From positions 6,275 to 70,274 of the forward strand of contig CAVRBS010000011.1 in NCBI GenBank assembly GCA_963719235.1: 64,000 bases of DNA. Reading direction: 5' to 3'. A program made the translations under genes and the position numbers. The DNA comes from an uncultured Bacteroidales bacterium (GTDB lineage Bacteria > Bacteroidota > Bacteroidia > Bacteroidales > VadinHA17). Below the pieces are notes generated by a model. The model saw only the letters and a program-made list of their open reading frames with translations, had not been told where the DNA came from and did not search any database. Of the stretch, positions 62,101 through 64,000 are shown one piece after another; position 1 is the stretch's first letter, and each line of letters starts with the position of its first letter.

Positions 62101-62627
62101 CGAATGCAGATAAACATACTCTCGGGAAAATTAAGGATCATTATTATAAAATAAGAAACGGTCTGGGGACACATAAATCGCCTGCCCTGCACGGGGCTAT
62201 TCCTGTCGACGCTTATTCTCATACGCCTGCCGGCGCAGGGGCTAAACAACCCGGACTGACCGGCCAGGTAAAAGAGGATATCGTTGCCAGGTTTGGTGAA
62301 TTGGGGATCGTTATTAATGATGGCACTATTGTTTTTTCTCCATCCATGCTGAATAAAGGGGAAATACTGGATCGGGAAAAAGTGTTCGATTTCATTGACC
62401 TGGATGGAAAGATCAGGAAACTTGAATTACATGCGAATCAGCTTGCCTTCACAATATGCCAGGTGCCGGTGGTTTATACTGCTGGCCTGAAACAGGAAAT
62501 AATAATTGAATATGCAGGCGGAAAACGTAAAGTAATACAGGGTTGTGTCATTGACGCAGATACAAGTCAAAAGATATTCAGGAGAAATGGCGAAGTAAGT
62601 AAAATTGCATATACAACAGCTATTTAG
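59169..62627 (+). CDS. Cytoplasmic GH94-related glycan phosphorylase, most consistent with GH149 beta-1,3-(oligo)glucan phosphorylase
   Basis: No signal peptide. 1152 aa. WRDIFQNWE (GH94-type RDxxQ), RPEWNDANNAL (catalytic DWND-like) and QPGLTGQ (WLTGT-like). Context of GH16/GH17/GH30 and a transporter. Confidence 0.55.
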   Translation: MEMKNIYIGNTSLQENPAETEGQIVEIEDEKYYRISNYHLMPDFFITIVSDSDHWMYISSNGSLSAGRKNRDNALFPYYTVDKIHDYRDKTGSKTVCLVSKDNRTYLWEPFAYDFEKFYRIERNLYKSIFGNKIIFEERNLDLEVSFSYGWYNSEKYGWIKKSSLNTTCETDVKINILDGIRNILPYGIDFAFQNEYSNLLEAYRRNELLSQSKLGLYVLSSIPTDTAEPSEALKATTVWAVVEGLDARYLVSDKQLEYFKTGGEIRTESEVFASRGAYYIINEYRLVKNQEKCWYIIADVNKDSKDVINLDAYIKGEKNHALKLKEDIAAGTLKLVKIVAGADGLQMGNDGLINARHFSNTLFNVMRGGIFSDNYRIDTDDFRQFVQHCNREISGQFDAELHNLPDEINFDELLALVKSMGSPGLERICYEYLPLTFSRRHGDPSRPWNQFSIETKKADGTKKLDYQGNWRDIFQNWEALTLSFPEYIESVICKFVNGSTADGYNPYRISRAGLDWERPDPDHPWAHIGYWGDHQIIYLQKFLEQSHNFHPGKLDELLTRKIFVYANVPYRIKTIGQIIEDPKNTILFDTGLNSRIEALAAKKGSDGKLLTLKTGEIYRVTLMEKILCSLLSKLSNYIPEAGIWLNTQRPEWNDANNALVGNGASMVTLCYLRRSLGFWEKILDRSTISGFDLSEEIVTFFEKIYPVFADNRHLIKKGFSDHDRYIFATELGKAGSEYRESVYKHSFSGKVSGLSAGRLKEFIRNVLDFIDQSIDKNRRQDGLYHSYNLVSFNGDRVTVRSLYEMLEGQVAVLSSGYIVTDESLRVLDALRSSKLYRSDQDSYLLYPFRVLPKFTEKNNIPHEKVFSSKLLGKLLDDNNNAFINRDEIGNYHFNGTFRNNGMVSLALENLDRKQYGALVRKERELILDIYESVFDHQSFTGRSGTFYGYEGLGSIYWHMVSKLLLATREIYRSGEETNADKHTLGKIKDHYYKIRNGLGTHKSPALHGAIPVDAYSHTPAGAGAKQPGLTGQVKEDIVARFGELGIVINDGTIVFSPSMLNKGEILDREKVFDFIDLDGKIRKLELHANQLAFTICQVPVVYTAGLKQEIIIEYAGGKRKVIQGCVIDADTSQKIFRRNGEVSKIAYTTAI

Positions 62628-62652
62628 TAAAAACAAATAAAACGAAAAGAAT

Positions 62653-63537
62653 ATGTCATTCAGAAGCGATAAACTATTATCTCTGGTAGGAGAAGACTTC
62701 AATAACAAATCAACTGAAGATTTAAAAAAACTATTCAGGAAATACCTTGAAAATGGGATCCATGGTCTCTGCTACAGCTCATATCTGGAGGGTCAGAGTC
62801 CCGGAAGCATTATCACCGTGCAGCAGATCAGGGACAGAATGCAGATTATTAAACCTTTCACAACCTGGATCAGGACTTTCTCCTGTACAGATGGTGGTGA
62901 ACTGATACCTGCAATTGCCAGGGAGAATGGCCTGAAAGTTATGGCAGGTGCATGGCTAAGTGATGATAAGGAAAAAAACGATGTTGAAATAGAAAACCTG
63001 GTTAACGTAGTAAAAGCAGGTAATGCTGACCTGGTCGCTGTCGGAAATGAAGTATTATATCGTGAGGAGCTGACCGAGCAGGAACTGCTGGAATACATTC
63101 ACCGGGTTAAGGAACAGGTTCCGGAAGCCAGCGTCGGATATGTTGATGCCTATTACGAATTTGTCAACCGGCCAGCAATCACTGAAACATGTGATGTATT
63201 ATTTATTAATTGCTATCCCTTCTGGGAGGGCTGTCATATTGATTATTCACTGGTCTACATGAAAAACATGTACTACAGCGTAATGCGGGTTGCCAGAGGA
63301 AAAAGAATTGTCATAAGCGAAACTGGCTGGCCAAATATCGGATCGTCTTTTAAATCATCAGAACCATCTACAGACAATGCCCTCAGATATTTCATCAATG
63401 CCCAGAGATGGAGTATTGAAGATAATATTGAAATGATGTATTTCTCAAGCTTCGATGAAAGCTGGAAGATTGGACCGGAAGGCGATGTCGGAGCCTACTG
63501 GGGCTTATGGGACAAAAATGGAAAGCTAAAATACTAA
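62653..63537 (+). CDS. GH17-family beta-1,3-glucanase/transglycosylase, no signal peptide
   Basis: AVGNEVLYRE (acid/base) and VISETGWPN (nucleophile) blocks. Confidence 0.75.
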   Translation: MSFRSDKLLSLVGEDFNNKSTEDLKKLFRKYLENGIHGLCYSSYLEGQSPGSIITVQQIRDRMQIIKPFTTWIRTFSCTDGGELIPAIARENGLKVMAGAWLSDDKEKNDVEIENLVNVVKAGNADLVAVGNEVLYREELTEQELLEYIHRVKEQVPEASVGYVDAYYEFVNRPAITETCDVLFINCYPFWEGCHIDYSLVYMKNMYYSVMRVARGKRIVISETGWPNIGSSFKSSEPSTDNALRYFINAQRWSIEDNIEMMYFSSFDESWKIGPEGDVGAYWGLWDKNGKLKY

Positions 63538-63555
63538 CCCGTTTATTTTAGCCTG

Positions 63556-64000
63556 GTGGGTAATTACAAACAATCAGACATCCCTTACGGGAAAGCAATA
63601 TGCTATTCGGGCTACAGGAATGGCCAGAGCCCTGAGACAGATATCCATCCTACCTATGAACAGGTTAGAGAAGACTTGCTGATATTGCATGGACGGTGGG
63701 ACTATATCCGCTTATACGATTGCAGCCTGCATGCAGAAACTGTCCTGGACGTAATTCAGAAGGAAAAGCTGAACTTTAAGGTAATGCTGGGAGCCTTTAT
63801 CATAGCAGAGATGAACAATTATGGTTGTCCCTGGGGAGGAGTTTTTCCGGAAGAAGAGCTGCGCAGGAACAGGGAGTTGAACCTGGGAAAGATTGAGAAG
63901 CTGATTGAAATGGCAAACAGGTACCCGGACATTGTCTTTTCAACTTCGGCCGGTAATGAAGCAACAATCGACTGGACTGATCATTATGTCCCGGTTGAGA
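63556..64000 (+). CDS. Second GH17-like paralog, 5' part (continues beyond the window)
   Basis: The open frame runs to the window end and is not in the ORF track. KAICYSGYRNGQSP...IRLYDC...KVMLGAF...SAGNEATIDW is colinear with the preceding GH17. The only candidate start is GTG at 63556. Confidence 0.55.
   Translation, partial: MGNYKQSDIPYGKAICYSGYRNGQSPETDIHPTYEQVREDLLILHGRWDYIRLYDCSLHAETVLDVIQKEKLNFKVMLGAFIIAEMNNYGCPWGGVFPEEELRRNRELNLGKIEKLIEMANRYPDIVFSTSAGNEATIDWTDHYVPVE

Noticed and set aside
1-64000. Mobile elements, prophage, defence islands, toxin-antitoxin pairs and rRNA genes.
   Set aside because: No transposase, integrase, phage structural, restriction/modification, Cas, abortive-infection-like or rRNA signatures were recognised in any frame. 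The absence rests on reading by eye only.

Overview
This 64-kb window looks like chromosomal DNA from a Bacteroidota genome. The markers are a SusD/RagB fragment, a TonB-dependent receptor with a carboxypeptidase-regulatory-like N-domain, a T9SS C-terminal sorting domain, many lipoprotein signals, and Y_Y_Y/LuxR one-component sensors. An anaerobic lifestyle is suggested by an anSME radical-SAM maturase and large multiheme cytochromes, but this is inference only. No transposase, integrase, CRISPR array or recognisable defence system was seen.

Gene content from left to right:
- SusD tail, at the left edge.
- Tat-exported molybdo-oxidoreductase cluster (Mo subunit, 2Fe-2S subunit, MocA-like, XdhC).
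- tRNA-Asp.
- Small glycan locus: GPH transporter, clan GH-A hydrolase and a decayed Y_Y_Y sensor.
- Block of small outer-membrane barrels and S41 peptidases.
- Several hypothetical envelope proteins.
- DPP-IV.
- Tightly packed minus-strand cluster (about 23.6-32.9 kb): a TonB-dependent receptor and lipocalin-like lipoprotein, a bis-histidine membrane protein, a membrane-anchored FAD/ferredoxin-domain oxidoreductase, a 20-heme and a 13-heme cytochrome c, and a beta-barrel.
- Nucleotide-sugar dehydrogenase, dienelactone hydrolase and anSME.
- thrA-thrB-thrC operon.
- T9SS-secreted CotH/LTD protein.
- Large beta-1,3/1,6-glucan (laminarin-type) utilisation locus (44.4-64 kb): Y_Y_Y/LuxR sensor, GH-A fusion protein, a 1325-aa lipoprotein with six repeated modules, GH16, a GPH transporter, GH30, a GH149-like phosphorylase and two GH17 paralogs. 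No SusC/SusD pair is present in this locus.

The most novel candidate is the cytochrome cluster. It reads as a complete cytoplasm-to-outer-membrane electron conduit with an unusual inner-membrane input module.

Caveat: at least 12 genes are interrupted by single-nucleotide frameshifts, and those I traced fall mostly at short homopolymers. Many apparent pseudogenes and ORF fusions are therefore probably indel errors in the assembly. All identities and counts given here were made by hand from the sequence. No database search was possible.
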